Assembly (NCBI GenBank): GCA_964645605.1
Contig: CAZYCE010000001.1
Span: 64,063-128,062 of the forward strand
Length of the DNA: 64,000 nt
Source: an uncultured Gammaproteobacteria bacterium
GTDB lineage: Bacteria > Patescibacteriota > Microgenomatia > UBA8517
Direction: 5' to 3'
The number at the start of each line of letters is the position of its first letter. Within the stretch, counting starts at the first letter, position 1. The translations under genes were made by a program, and so were the position numbers. Under the pieces are notes generated by a model. That model saw only the letters and a program-made list of their open reading frames with translations, searched no databases and had not been told where the DNA came from. Shown here one piece after another: positions 36,963 to 45,252 of this stretch.

Positions 36963-38834
36963 ATGCTAAGAATACAAAGTGCCAAAGTTACGGCTTCCCC
37001 CGGAGGTACCGGTTGGGTGCAAATTCACGGATTTTCGCCTGCAGAATCTGATCAGGTAAAAACCAGAGGACAGCTTTTTATTGTGATTGCCTCTCGAAAC
37101 GGAAACGAGGGTATTGAAGCCATTTCTTTTGAAAGGAAAATTGTCGGAGAAATAAGAGAGAGTTATTATAATTCAGGCGATGCGAAGGCTTTTGATGCTC
37201 TTTCGGGAGCCGTCCGAAAGGTAGCCGTAGAGACTAAAACTGCAGGGGAGGATGTTGAAATTGCCGGCTGCGCTTTTGCCGACGGAGTTTTATATTCCTC
37301 GGCTTTTGGCGGCAGTAGTGTGATTGTCAGTCGGGACGGATCTTTTGCATCAATTTTGGAAAGTGAATCGGATGTTATTGCCGCATCGGGTTTCCCGAAA
37401 GAGGGAGATGTGGTTATTGTTGGGACAAAGGCTTTTTTTGAAAAAGTAACGCTCGGGGATCTTAAAAAAGCCCTGATAAGTAAAAATCCGGAAGCGGCTG
37501 TTGAGGAGCTGACACCGCTTGTTTACGGCGGGGTTGAAATAGGAACTTCAGGGGCGGTAATTATTAAGTTCGAAGAAACTCCGGAAATTCGTCAACCAGC
37601 GCAAGTTACCATTCCGGCAGAGAAAGTTGCGGAACCGAAAATCGATTTGGCAAAAAAGTTTTCCGGTTTTTGGAGCGGAATAGTAAAAAAAGTTCCCAGG
37701 AGAAATATATATATAAAACCGGAAATGGAGGATCAGGCGACTTCCCAAAGCAAAAAACTAACTCTTTCTGTGGGAGTTATCCTCCTTCTCATATTGGCGG
37801 TAAGCGTAGGCTTTGGTATCAGACAAAAAAGATTAAATGATGTTAAAAAAGAATATCAGGGACTATTAACTCAAGCCACAAACGAAGTGGATCAAGCAAT
37901 TAGTCTGGCCAGCTCGAACCCCGAGGAGTCAAGGCAACTTTTTCTAGACAGTGAACAAAAGTTGGTACAAATACAAGCCTTGAAAGTCAAGGATGTAAAA
38001 ATTGAAGAACTACAGAAAAAAATTGAGGACAGTCGGGCTGCGGTTTTGGGTGAATATAGCGTGAATCCTGAGCTTTTCTTGGATCTTGGCCTCCTTTCCT
38101 CAGGATTTAAAGGTGATGCGATCTCTTCATCGGGCGGAAGCCTTTACGTTCTTGATAAAACCGGATCCAGGGTTGTTGGTATCGCCCTTGATACCAAAAA
38201 GAGCAAGGTGGTTTCCGGCCCCACAGTGATCGATAGCCCTCAGGATCTGGCATCATATGAAGACAGCGTTTTTGTTCTGCTATCCGACGGAATTTATTTG
38301 ACAGAGTCCACCAAAACGAAAGTTATCGATAAAACTTGGGGCGGGGAAGCTTTGATATGCGCTTTTGGAGGAAACCTTTACGTTCTTGATAAAACCGGAA
38401 ATGCCATTTATAGATACGCGGGGAGCTCCGGAAACACTTTTGGGACTCAGCAACCCTGGCTTTCAAGCTCGACTCAGGCGAATTTCTCAAACGCAGTTTC
38501 CTGGGGAATAAATGGGGCAGTATATGTTCTTTATCCCAACTCCAAAATCTTGAAATACAGTCTCGGTTCTCCTCAAAGTTTCTCTTTGTCGGGGGTAACG
38601 CCGGAAATAGGAAACGTAGACGCAATCTATGCGGATCCTGATAATACCTACGTTTATTTACTTGATAAAGCAGGTAATCGTATAGTGGTGATTGACAAAA
38701 ACGGAAAATATAGGGCTCAATACATCAGTGACCAGATTTCATCCGCTACTAGGATAGTTGCCTCCGAAGCTGAAAAGAAAATTATTTTTCTCACAGGGGA
38801 GAAGCTTCTTTCAATCGAGATAAAACATCTTTAA
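36963..38834 (+). CDS. Membrane protein: degenerate PP2C-like N-domain, TM, helical stalk, beta-propeller
   Basis: RGQLFIV...GDVVIVGTKAF; one TM; repeated LYVLDKTG/YVYLLDKAG blades. Confidence 0.7.
   Translation: MLRIQSAKVTASPGGTGWVQIHGFSPAESDQVKTRGQLFIVIASRNGNEGIEAISFERKIVGEIRESYYNSGDAKAFDALSGAVRKVAVETKTAGEDVEIAGCAFADGVLYSSAFGGSSVIVSRDGSFASILESESDVIAASGFPKEGDVVIVGTKAFFEKVTLGDLKKALISKNPEAAVEELTPLVYGGVEIGTSGAVIIKFEETPEIRQPAQVTIPAEKVAEPKIDLAKKFSGFWSGIVKKVPRRNIYIKPEMEDQATSQSKKLTLSVGVILLLILAVSVGFGIRQKRLNDVKKEYQGLLTQATNEVDQAISLASSNPEESRQLFLDSEQKLVQIQALKVKDVKIEELQKKIEDSRAAVLGEYSVNPELFLDLGLLSSGFKGDAISSSGGSLYVLDKTGSRVVGIALDTKKSKVVSGPTVIDSPQDLASYEDSVFVLLSDGIYLTESTKTKVIDKTWGGEALICAFGGNLYVLDKTGNAIYRYAGSSGNTFGTQQPWLSSSTQANFSNAVSWGINGAVYVLYPNSKILKYSLGSPQSFSLSGVTPEIGNVDAIYADPDNTYVYLLDKAGNRIVVIDKNGKYRAQYISDQISSATRIVASEAEKKIIFLTGEKLLSIEIKHL
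38141..38399 (+). repeat. Exact 25-bp direct repeat in propeller blades
   Basis: cctttacgttcttgataaaaccgga at 38141-38165 and 38375-38399. Confidence 0.8.
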
Positions 38835-38870
38835 AAAAGACGTCCGGTCTTCATGTTAAAATAGGCTGAT

Positions 38871-39305
38871 ATGAATATCGCGAATAAAAGAGCCAGGTTT
38901 GAATATGAATTAACGGGCGAGGGGGTCGAAGCCGGAATCTCTCTTTTGGGGGCTGAGGCCAAATCGGTACGGGAGGGAAGGGTCGATATAAGTCAAGCCG
39001 CAGTCAGGATTTTGAACGACGAAATGTATCTGATCAATGCCAATATTCCCGTTTCTGGCATGCAAAAATACAGTTCGACCAGAATAAGAAAACTCCTTCT
39101 CCATAGGGGGGAAATTTTGTCGCTTATTACAAAAATGAAGCAAAAAAGATTGCAAATTGTGCCTATCAGGGTGTATAATAAAGGCCGCTTAATTAAGATT
39201 TACCTTGAGCTTGGTAAGAGCAAGCATAGGTTTGAGAAAAAGGAGGCAATTAAGCGCCACGACATAAACCGAGACATCGAGAAGGAATTTAAAGGTTCGA
39301 TTTAA
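38871..39305 (+). CDS. smpB: SsrA-binding protein SmpB
   Basis: IANKRARFEY, EAGISLLGAEAKSVR, RIRKLLLHRGEI; adjacent to tmRNA. Confidence 0.97.
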   Translation: MNIANKRARFEYELTGEGVEAGISLLGAEAKSVREGRVDISQAAVRILNDEMYLINANIPVSGMQKYSSTRIRKLLLHRGEILSLITKMKQKRLQIVPIRVYNKGRLIKIYLELGKSKHRFEKKEAIKRHDINRDIEKEFKGSI

Positions 39306-39308
39306 GTC

Positions 39309-39672
39309 GGGGACGATCGGTCTCGACGGAATGCTCTTTACAATACTGCAAGCCAAGTTTGATCGACACTTGTCAAAAGAGATCAAAAAATAAAAGCTAG
39401 GAATTCATTCCAAGCCCAACCTAACTACGCAGTAGCGTACGCTTAAGTTGCATCCTTAGATTTGATTCTCGGTTGAATCAAAAGGGTGTAAACCAATCCG
39501 AGATGCTTTTTAAAACTTAATGATTTAGAGTTTTGAAATTAAGCCTAAATAAATCTTACGTTCAGCAGCTGTAAGTTTGCTTAAACTGAACGAAAATTTA
39601 AAAAATTTACTAAGCTTGTAGAGGTTTTGTAGAAAGTTTTTTCGGACGCGGGTTCGATTCCCGCCGTCTCCA
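39309..39672 (+). ncRNA. ssrA: tmRNA; tag peptide (A)ARNSFQAQPNYAVAYA
   Basis: GGGGACG...TCGAC 5' end; GCGGGTTCGATTCCCGC-CGTCTCCA 3' end with G3.U70; tag ORF 39396-39446. Confidence 0.96.
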
Positions 39673-39676
39673 CAGA

Positions 39677-39706
39677 CAAAAAACCGCTATGCCGGCGGGT
39701 TTTTTG
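39677..39706 (+). terminator. Intrinsic terminator after ssrA
   Basis: caaaaaaCCGC-tatgccg-GCGGgttttttg. Confidence 0.7.
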
Positions 39707-39723
39707 GTGGAAAAATATGATTG

Positions 39724-40396
39724 ATGGGCATTCTTGACCTTGTTTTTCCGAAAACGTGTCTTGGGTGCGGACGCGGCGGAAGATACTTATGCCAAGCCTG
39801 TATCGATAAAACTCCGAAGGCTGATGCAATCCGCCCGTATTGTAAACACCCCTCCATTGACTGAACTACACACGTAAATTGTCAAAAGAAGTTCGGGATA
39901 GACGGCTTGACCACAATCTGGGGTTATGAGGGAGTTATCAGGAAGGCGATACTGTCGTTAAAATATAAATATGCCACGGAAGTGGCGAATGAAATTTCTG
40001 ATTACTTAATTATTTCACTGGTGAGCAGGGTGATGCCTTCTGTTCAATGTTTAGCTCCGGTTCCGATCCATTGGCATAGACAAAATACAAGGGGATTTAA
40101 TCAATCGGCTGAAATCGGTAAGCTCGTAGTAGCCTCAATAGGGTGTAAATTTACTCAGGATTTATTGATAAAAACCGTTTCAACGGCTTCTCAAACCGAA
40201 CTGGGCAGAAAAGACCGCCGCCGAATTTACGGGGTGTTTTTTCCGTTAATTCCATATATAAATCATCTTTGGTAAATCTGAAATCCGTTATTATTTTTGA
40301 TGATGTTTTACTATCGGTTCAACACTAATGGAGGTGGAAAAAGTTTTAAAAAGAGGGGGCGTGGAAAAAGTTTGGGGACTGACGATTGCAAGATAA
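39724..40396 (+). pseudogene. comF: ComF (ComFC) competence protein pseudogene
   Basis: MGILDLVFPKTCLGCG..LCQAC, in-frame TGA at 39862-39864, PVPIHWHRQNTRGFNQS, frameshift near 40220 (NLRGVF), second frameshift near 40308 (DDV/TIGSTL), ends VWGLTIAR*. Confidence 0.9.
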
Positions 40397-40401
40397 CCGT
40401 G

Positions 40402-40483
40402 CGGTAGGTACAGGGGTCGAACCTGTTAGAGCTTGCGCTCACGAGTTTTCAAGACTCGCGCGTTACCGTCCCGCCCACCTACC
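40402..40483 (-). tRNA. tRNA-Ser(TGA)
   Basis: GGTAGGT/ACCTACC acceptor, CGAGT-CTTGAAA-ACTCG, long variable arm, G73. Confidence 0.93.
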
Positions 40484-40489
40484 ACTGAG

Positions 40490-40575
40490 CGGAGGGGGTG
40501 AGATTTGAACTCACGCGAGCCTTGCGGCTCAGAGGTTTAGCGAACCTCCGCAATGGACCGCTATGCGACCCCTCC
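40490..40575 (-). tRNA. tRNA-Ser(GCT)
   Basis: GGAGGGG/CCCCTCC acceptor, GAGGT-TCGCTAA-ACCTC, long variable arm, G73. Confidence 0.93.
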
Positions 40576-41562
40576 ATATTTGTATTTATTTAGCCTCTGA
40601 TTACTACTACCAACAATATTGAGATATTTTTCTATCTCATGGCTATTATACAGCCAAACCTTCTTATTCACTACGTTCTTGATAATTTTCGGGTGAAACT
40701 TTAATTCTTTGAGTGTTTCGTAAACAAAGGTCAAAAGAGGAACGGAATAGTTGGTGAAGTTGGCTTTTGGGTATATGTATATTTTCCCATTTACTTTATA
40801 CCTGTGGATGAAGATTCCACCATCAGTATCCATCAAACCACGCAAACAGCGAATTTTATATTTTTGGTTCGATTTTATCCAATCTGGTACGTCCACTTGG
40901 TTTTTAACCTTATTACCCGGGACTAATCCAAGTTTTGTTAGAAGTTTGGTTAAGTTGGCTCCGTTATAATAAATTTCCAATGCATTGGCATTATTTCTTT
41001 TCCTGACTTTGGGCTCGTGTCCAAACAAAGATTTGCATAGTTTTACTACATAGTGCGAATAATCCAAATCCTTAATACTGTTTAATGTTATGCGTATTTG
41101 TAATCTTCCCATGCTCCCATCACCAAGCATAATCCCCATGAACTCAGCAAGGTTCGAAGAGCGTTTCGGTGTGTAAAATGTAGCGATTGGTGATATTGAC
41201 CCTGATTTTCTGAGGATTTCTAGAGTTTTTAATCCTCCTTTTTGTCTACCTTCTTTTGTACCTGGATTTCCATATTTTTGTTTGTAGGCAATCCCACCTC
41301 GTTTTCCAATCCGCGATCTATTCGTTTTCCATCTGTTTTCCAATACCCCAACCTTTTCAGGTAAAATGACATTAAACTTGCTGCCTAATATAAGTACGGC
41401 ATTTTTTGAAATTGACATCTTTTCATTTTTCCAATCAGTAAAACTTCTAGGGGAAACACTTACCAAATTAGCCAATTTATTGGTGCCTAAACCGCTTTTT
41501 TGAATCACTGTTTTGAGGAATATCTTTTGATGGTTGGGCAAGAATTTTAGGTGATTTTCCAT
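40561..41562 (-). mobile_element. Free-standing double-motif LAGLIDADG homing endonuclease with an N-terminal HTH
   Basis: LAEFMGIMLGDG and CLRGLMDTDGG motifs, LGLVPGNK...VPDWI; the last codons and the TAG stop lie inside the tRNA-Ser(GCT) 5' end. Confidence 0.88.
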
Positions 41563-41582
41563 ATCCGCTAGACGACACCTCC
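41559..41582 (-). other. Orphan tRNA-Ser 5' fragment (acceptor strand + D arm) containing the endonuclease start codon
   Basis: GGAGGTGTCGTCTAGCGGATATGG vs GGAGGGGTCGCATAGCGG (Ser-GCT, 15/18) and GGAGGAGTCGCCTAGTGGCCTATGG (Ser-GGA). Confidence 0.75.
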
Positions 41583-41623
41583 ATGATATACTTTTCCAGA
41601 TATAAAATGTATACTACGCATGT

Positions 41624-42160
41624 ATGGAATCTGCCAATAGCACATTAAATGTTGAGCCACAGGCGGTGGTTGTCAGGCGTGAACCTGAACGCGATTTGGT
41701 TACCTGGACGGCGCCAGCGCGGCCATTTAAAAGGTACGGCAGAAAGTTTTATGTAACTATTTTTTCATTTGTAGGAATAATCAGCATAATTCTTTTTATA
41801 GCCGAAGGTGCCATACCGGTAGTGCTCTTAGTTTCACTTATCTTTTTGTTTTATGTTCTTTCTACGGTTTCACCGGAGAATATTGAGTATAAAATAACCA
41901 ATAAGGGAGTCAAAATCGCAGGCAAGGAAACACCCTGGCAAAATATAATCAGGTTTTGTTTTTTGTCAAAAACAGGAGGCGAAGTTTTGGTTTTTGATGC
42001 GGCAACGTTTCCCGGAAGAATAGAGCTTGTCATAAATCCCGAGGACAAAGATAGATTGAAAAAAGAAATTTCTGCATACACTCCTTATGAAGAAATTAAG
42101 CCTTCTTTTTTGGATAAGATTGTGGACTGGGTTGTTAAAAAGCTGCCGGAGAGTGAGTAG
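41624..42160 (+). CDS. Two-TM protein with a PH-like domain
   Basis: LVTWTAPARPF, 2 TMs, IEYKITNKGV..G...PW. Confidence 0.75.
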   Translation: MESANSTLNVEPQAVVVRREPERDLVTWTAPARPFKRYGRKFYVTIFSFVGIISIILFIAEGAIPVVLLVSLIFLFYVLSTVSPENIEYKITNKGVKIAGKETPWQNIIRFCFLSKTGGEVLVFDAATFPGRIELVINPEDKDRLKKEISAYTPYEEIKPSFLDKIVDWVVKKLPESE

Positions 42161-42182
42161 GCACAACTCCGAATAAGCATCT

Positions 42183-42254
42183 GCACCCGTAGCTTAACGG
42201 ATAGAGTAGGAGCTTGCGGAGCTCTTGGTCCCAGTCCGATTCTGGGCGGGTGCA
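42183..42254 (+). tRNA. tRNA-Arg(GCG)
   Basis: GCACCCG/CGGGTGC, GGAGC-TTGCGGA-GCTCT, A20; T-loop reads TCCGATT. Confidence 0.88.
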
Positions 42255-42259
42255 CCTAA

Positions 42260-42341
42260 GGAGGATGGGCAGGACGGTAATGCGTTGGTTTCGAAAACCA
42301 ATTCTCGTAAGGGATAGCAGGTTCGACTCCTGCATCCTCCG
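42260..42341 (+). tRNA. tRNA-Ser(CGA)
   Basis: GGAGGAT/ATCCTCC, TTGGT-TTCGAAA-ACCAA, variable arm, G73. Confidence 0.93.
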
Positions 42342-42461
42342 CTCGTCGGAACTAAACATTGCTGGTCGTTTTTCAAAACTGAGAGTTTTGAAAAAGATTG
42401 CAAGTTTGTTCCTTCTCTCGGAATTGTTGTACAATTTCGGTTGGAAACATAGATACAAGAG

Positions 42462-42908
42462 ATGGATACAAAAATAAATCAACAAATATTTATAGGAGGC
42501 GCAGTGGTTTTCAAAGATAACCGTGGCAAGCGCCAGTATTTGCTGGTTAAAACGAAAATAGATAGTAACTGGGAAATTCCCAAAGTAACGGTGAGAAGGG
42601 GAGAATCCTCTGTGCGTGCCGTGATTAGACTTACGGGAGAGCAGGGGGGGATTACGGCCAGAATTTTGGAAGAAGCGGGTAGATATTCGGTAACCACGAT
42701 AATAAACGGCAATACCATTCCCCAGAAATATTATTATTACTTGATGCTTCAAAAAGGAGGCCCTGGAGAAATGATCGGATTTCAAGATTACAAATGGATG
42801 GAATTTCCAAATGCCTTGAAAAAGATTGATTCCGAGAAAGAGAAAGAGATGCTCAAAAGTGCAAAAAAGGTATTGAAGGAGTGGGAATCCACACATAGGG
42901 TTAAATAA
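42462..42908 (+). CDS. NUDIX-fold protein with a degenerate Nudix box
   Basis: GGAVVFK...YLLVK..WEIPKVTVRRGESSVRAVIRLTGEQGG (G and REUxEE eroded). Confidence 0.75.
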   Translation: MDTKINQQIFIGGAVVFKDNRGKRQYLLVKTKIDSNWEIPKVTVRRGESSVRAVIRLTGEQGGITARILEEAGRYSVTTIINGNTIPQKYYYYLMLQKGGPGEMIGFQDYKWMEFPNALKKIDSEKEKEMLKSAKKVLKEWESTHRVK

Positions 42909-42913
42909 AGCCA

Positions 42914-43390
42914 ATGTTGCGCGAGTTTTCTTCTGGCGGAGTAGTCTACAAGAAAGAAAAAGGAGAGGTTCTGTGGGTAGTAAGGATGACTGCTGCCAGT
43001 AAACTTTTTCCCAAAACACACTGGATGCTTCCAAAGGGTTGGTTGGATGATGCGGGAGATGGTGTCCCCGGGCCAATGGCCTCGGGCACGTTAAAGGCTG
43101 ACGAAAAAACGCTTCAGGCAACTGCGGTCCGTGAAGTTGTGGAAGAAACGGGAGTTAAGGCTGAAATTATTAAAAAAATTGGGACGCTTAAATATGTTTA
43201 TACCCATCCTGAAAGGGGTAAAACTTTAAAATTTGTCACTTACTTCCTAATGGAGTGGAAATCCGACCTACCAGGAGGTTTTGACGGAGAAACCTCAGAA
43301 ATTGCCTGGCTTCCGTATGGGGAAGCTTATAAAAGACTTTCTTTTGGTAAAGAGAAGGAAGTGCTGAAAAAAGCAAACGCTCTTCTTTGA
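42914..43390 (+). CDS. NUDIX hydrolase (Ap4A hydrolase-like)
   Basis: FSSGGVV, WMLPKGWLD...TAVREVVEETG, KFVTYFLM. Confidence 0.88.
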   Translation: MLREFSSGGVVYKKEKGEVLWVVRMTAASKLFPKTHWMLPKGWLDDAGDGVPGPMASGTLKADEKTLQATAVREVVEETGVKAEIIKKIGTLKYVYTHPERGKTLKFVTYFLMEWKSDLPGGFDGETSEIAWLPYGEAYKRLSFGKEKEVLKKANALL

Positions 43391-43407
43391 TATAATACAA
43401 GTTCAAT

Positions 43408-43492
43408 GGAGGAGTCGCCTAGTGGCCTATGGCACGGGTTTGGAAAACCCGGACCCGAAAGGGTCTCGTGAGTTCGAATCTCACCTCCTCCG
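43408..43492 (+). tRNA. tRNA-Ser(GGA)
   Basis: GGAGGAG/CTCCTCC, CGGGT-TTGGAAA-ACCCG, GACCC-GAAA-GGGTC arm; TATAAT upstream. Confidence 0.95.
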
Positions 43493-43533
43493 CATTTTGT
43501 AATGATGACAATATATAAATGATATAATCGCCT

Positions 43534-45048
43534 ATGTCTATTAAAAAAATTTCTCCAATCGCAATTGCCACCCTGGTCGTAATTTTGGTTGTCGGTTTTT
43601 TATTTTTGAAAAGAGAAAAAAACTCCTCTTTTGATCAGGTGGTTTACGAAGAAGCACTGTCTATTTCCAAAAAATATGCCTTGCTTAGATACCAAACTGA
43701 GAATGTTTTGGAAAAAGCTAAAGAATATGGAGACTATGACAAGTGGAATCAGGAAATGACACTAATTATTGAAGGTTGGAAAAGTATGGAAAGTGAAGCC
43801 TTAATGCTCGAAGAAAAGGCCGATAATCTAGCCAGTGAAAAAACAGCACCTAATTTAGTTAAAGATGTTTATGCTTATGACTCAGTTGAAGTTCAACAAG
43901 TCATTAAAAATGCCCCTGCGGGTAAACAAATTAGAACTTTAGCTAAACATCTCGGAGTTGATGCCAAAACGGCTCAACTGATTTTAAATCAAACCCAAGA
44001 TCAGATTACCCGAGAAGCCTATGGAGAAGAAGGAGATGTGTTTGAAACCTGTGAACAAAATTCCATGAGAATTAAAAATGGAGCCAAAGTAACGATGTTT
44101 GTTGGAGGAATAGCACTGACAGGGGGCGCTTCGGCGGTCGCTACCAGTGGAGTGGTAGCAAAAACAGCCTTGGTTGTTGGAGGAGCCGATTTAGTGCTCG
44201 AAGTAACCGATGATGAGGCTAAAATTGCCTTGGGAGATAGAAATAAAGTGTCAGAAATGGTGGGCAAAGTCAGAACGGTGACGGAACCAACGGCTAGTAT
44301 TTTAACTATAGTTAATATTCCGGGAAATATAACTAAAGCTATGGATAAAATAAGTGCCCTTTCTTTTACTGGAGATCAGATTAGATCAGTAGCCCAAGAT
44401 GAAAAAATCTTGGGAATTAGTATTAAAACTAATGAAAAAGGTGAAGTAAAAGCCGTCGTCAGCGGTCTAACTGAAATTGAATTAACTGAGTGGAAAAAAG
44501 AAAATAATATCGTCACTTCGATTCAGTCGATTGAAGAGATGATAAAGCAAATTGAAGAAGAAAGTGCAAAAGAAAAAGAAATTGTCCAAGAAAAACAGAA
44601 TAGGGTTGAAGAAAAAAAAGAGACATCTGCATCTGAAATTAATTTAGAAAATATTCCAAATCAGATCTACGAAGTGAAAAATGTAAGTGGATCGTCTTTT
44701 ATGATGGATGTCTGTCTTAATCCAACTTGTTGGGATGATCTAGCGGCTAACCCAGCAGAAGATAGGGATGTGGGTGGCATTTATACGATGGGAAAAGTTT
44801 ACGGTCCTGGAGAAAGTTTTAAAAGTGGTTTTCGTCCATCAGATCTAAAAAGCAACAGCCAAATAGCGGAGATGTTACCAGATGGTTATAGAATAACGGT
44901 TTATTTCGCCATAGCTCCTTTTGAAGGCCCCAAACATAAAACAATTGATTATGGAACTTGGCAAAACCATTCTGTGGAAATACAAGCGAAATATGGCGAT
45001 GAACCGGTGATCGAATGGGACGGAGGTAGCTTAAAACAAGTTAAGTAA
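43534..45048 (+). CDS. Membrane-anchored hypothetical protein
   Basis: 504-aa ORF with an N-terminal TM, helical region and central Gly/Ala hydrophobic hairpin; ATG 5 nt after TGATATAAT. Confidence 0.75.
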   Translation: MSIKKISPIAIATLVVILVVGFLFLKREKNSSFDQVVYEEALSISKKYALLRYQTENVLEKAKEYGDYDKWNQEMTLIIEGWKSMESEALMLEEKADNLASEKTAPNLVKDVYAYDSVEVQQVIKNAPAGKQIRTLAKHLGVDAKTAQLILNQTQDQITREAYGEEGDVFETCEQNSMRIKNGAKVTMFVGGIALTGGASAVATSGVVAKTALVVGGADLVLEVTDDEAKIALGDRNKVSEMVGKVRTVTEPTASILTIVNIPGNITKAMDKISALSFTGDQIRSVAQDEKILGISIKTNEKGEVKAVVSGLTEIELTEWKKENNIVTSIQSIEEMIKQIEEESAKEKEIVQEKQNRVEEKKETSASEINLENIPNQIYEVKNVSGSSFMMDVCLNPTCWDDLAANPAEDRDVGGIYTMGKVYGPGESFKSGFRPSDLKSNSQIAEMLPDGYRITVYFAIAPFEGPKHKTIDYGTWQNHSVEIQAKYGDEPVIEWDGGSLKQVK

Positions 45049-45121
45049 ATAAAGCTTGGACAAATAAGCGATATTACCATTACCTAATTTAGATACGATG
45101 GTTGGGAGAATAAGATAAGGG

Positions 45122-45241
45122 TTGGTACTTAGGGGTTCCAGACCCTCTAGTTCCGCTTGCATGTGTTCGTGTAGGAGTTTGCGATTCGGTACCACTCGAT
45201 GGTTATGTACGGCGAATCTCGCCTCCCCCGCACGGCGGAAC
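45122..45241 (+). ncRNA. Candidate structured ncRNA (unassigned)
   Basis: Nested pairings GTTCCGC/GCGGAAC, CGTGT/GCACG, GGAG/CTCC, GATTCG/CGAATC and GTAC/GTAC, plus an upstream GGGT/ACCC hairpin, in a 204-nt intergenic region. Confidence 0.45.
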
Positions 45242-45252
45242 AAAACGTCTTT

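Noticed and set aside
39862-39864. In-frame TGA at a probable Gly position in comF, suggesting genetic code 25
   Set aside because: TGA ends intact genes here (dnaA, rnpA, tpiA, rpiB), long ORFs have no internal TGA, and comF also has two frameshifts.
40576-41582. Group I intron in the tRNA-Ser D loop carrying the endonuclease
   Set aside because: The ORF fills the whole interval, no P/Q/R/S core is visible, and the downstream tRNA is complete by itself.
42135-43121. 328-aa minus-strand ORF (also 42194-42403, 42214-42477 and 39581-39829)
   Set aside because: Shadow frames over tRNA, tmRNA and NUDIX genes.
45049-45252. RNase P RNA or SRP RNA (GGAACAAAAC...TTAT resembles RNase P CR-V)
   Set aside because: No GAGGAAAGTCC CR-I element and no SRP GGAA/AGCAG motif; too short for RNase P RNA.
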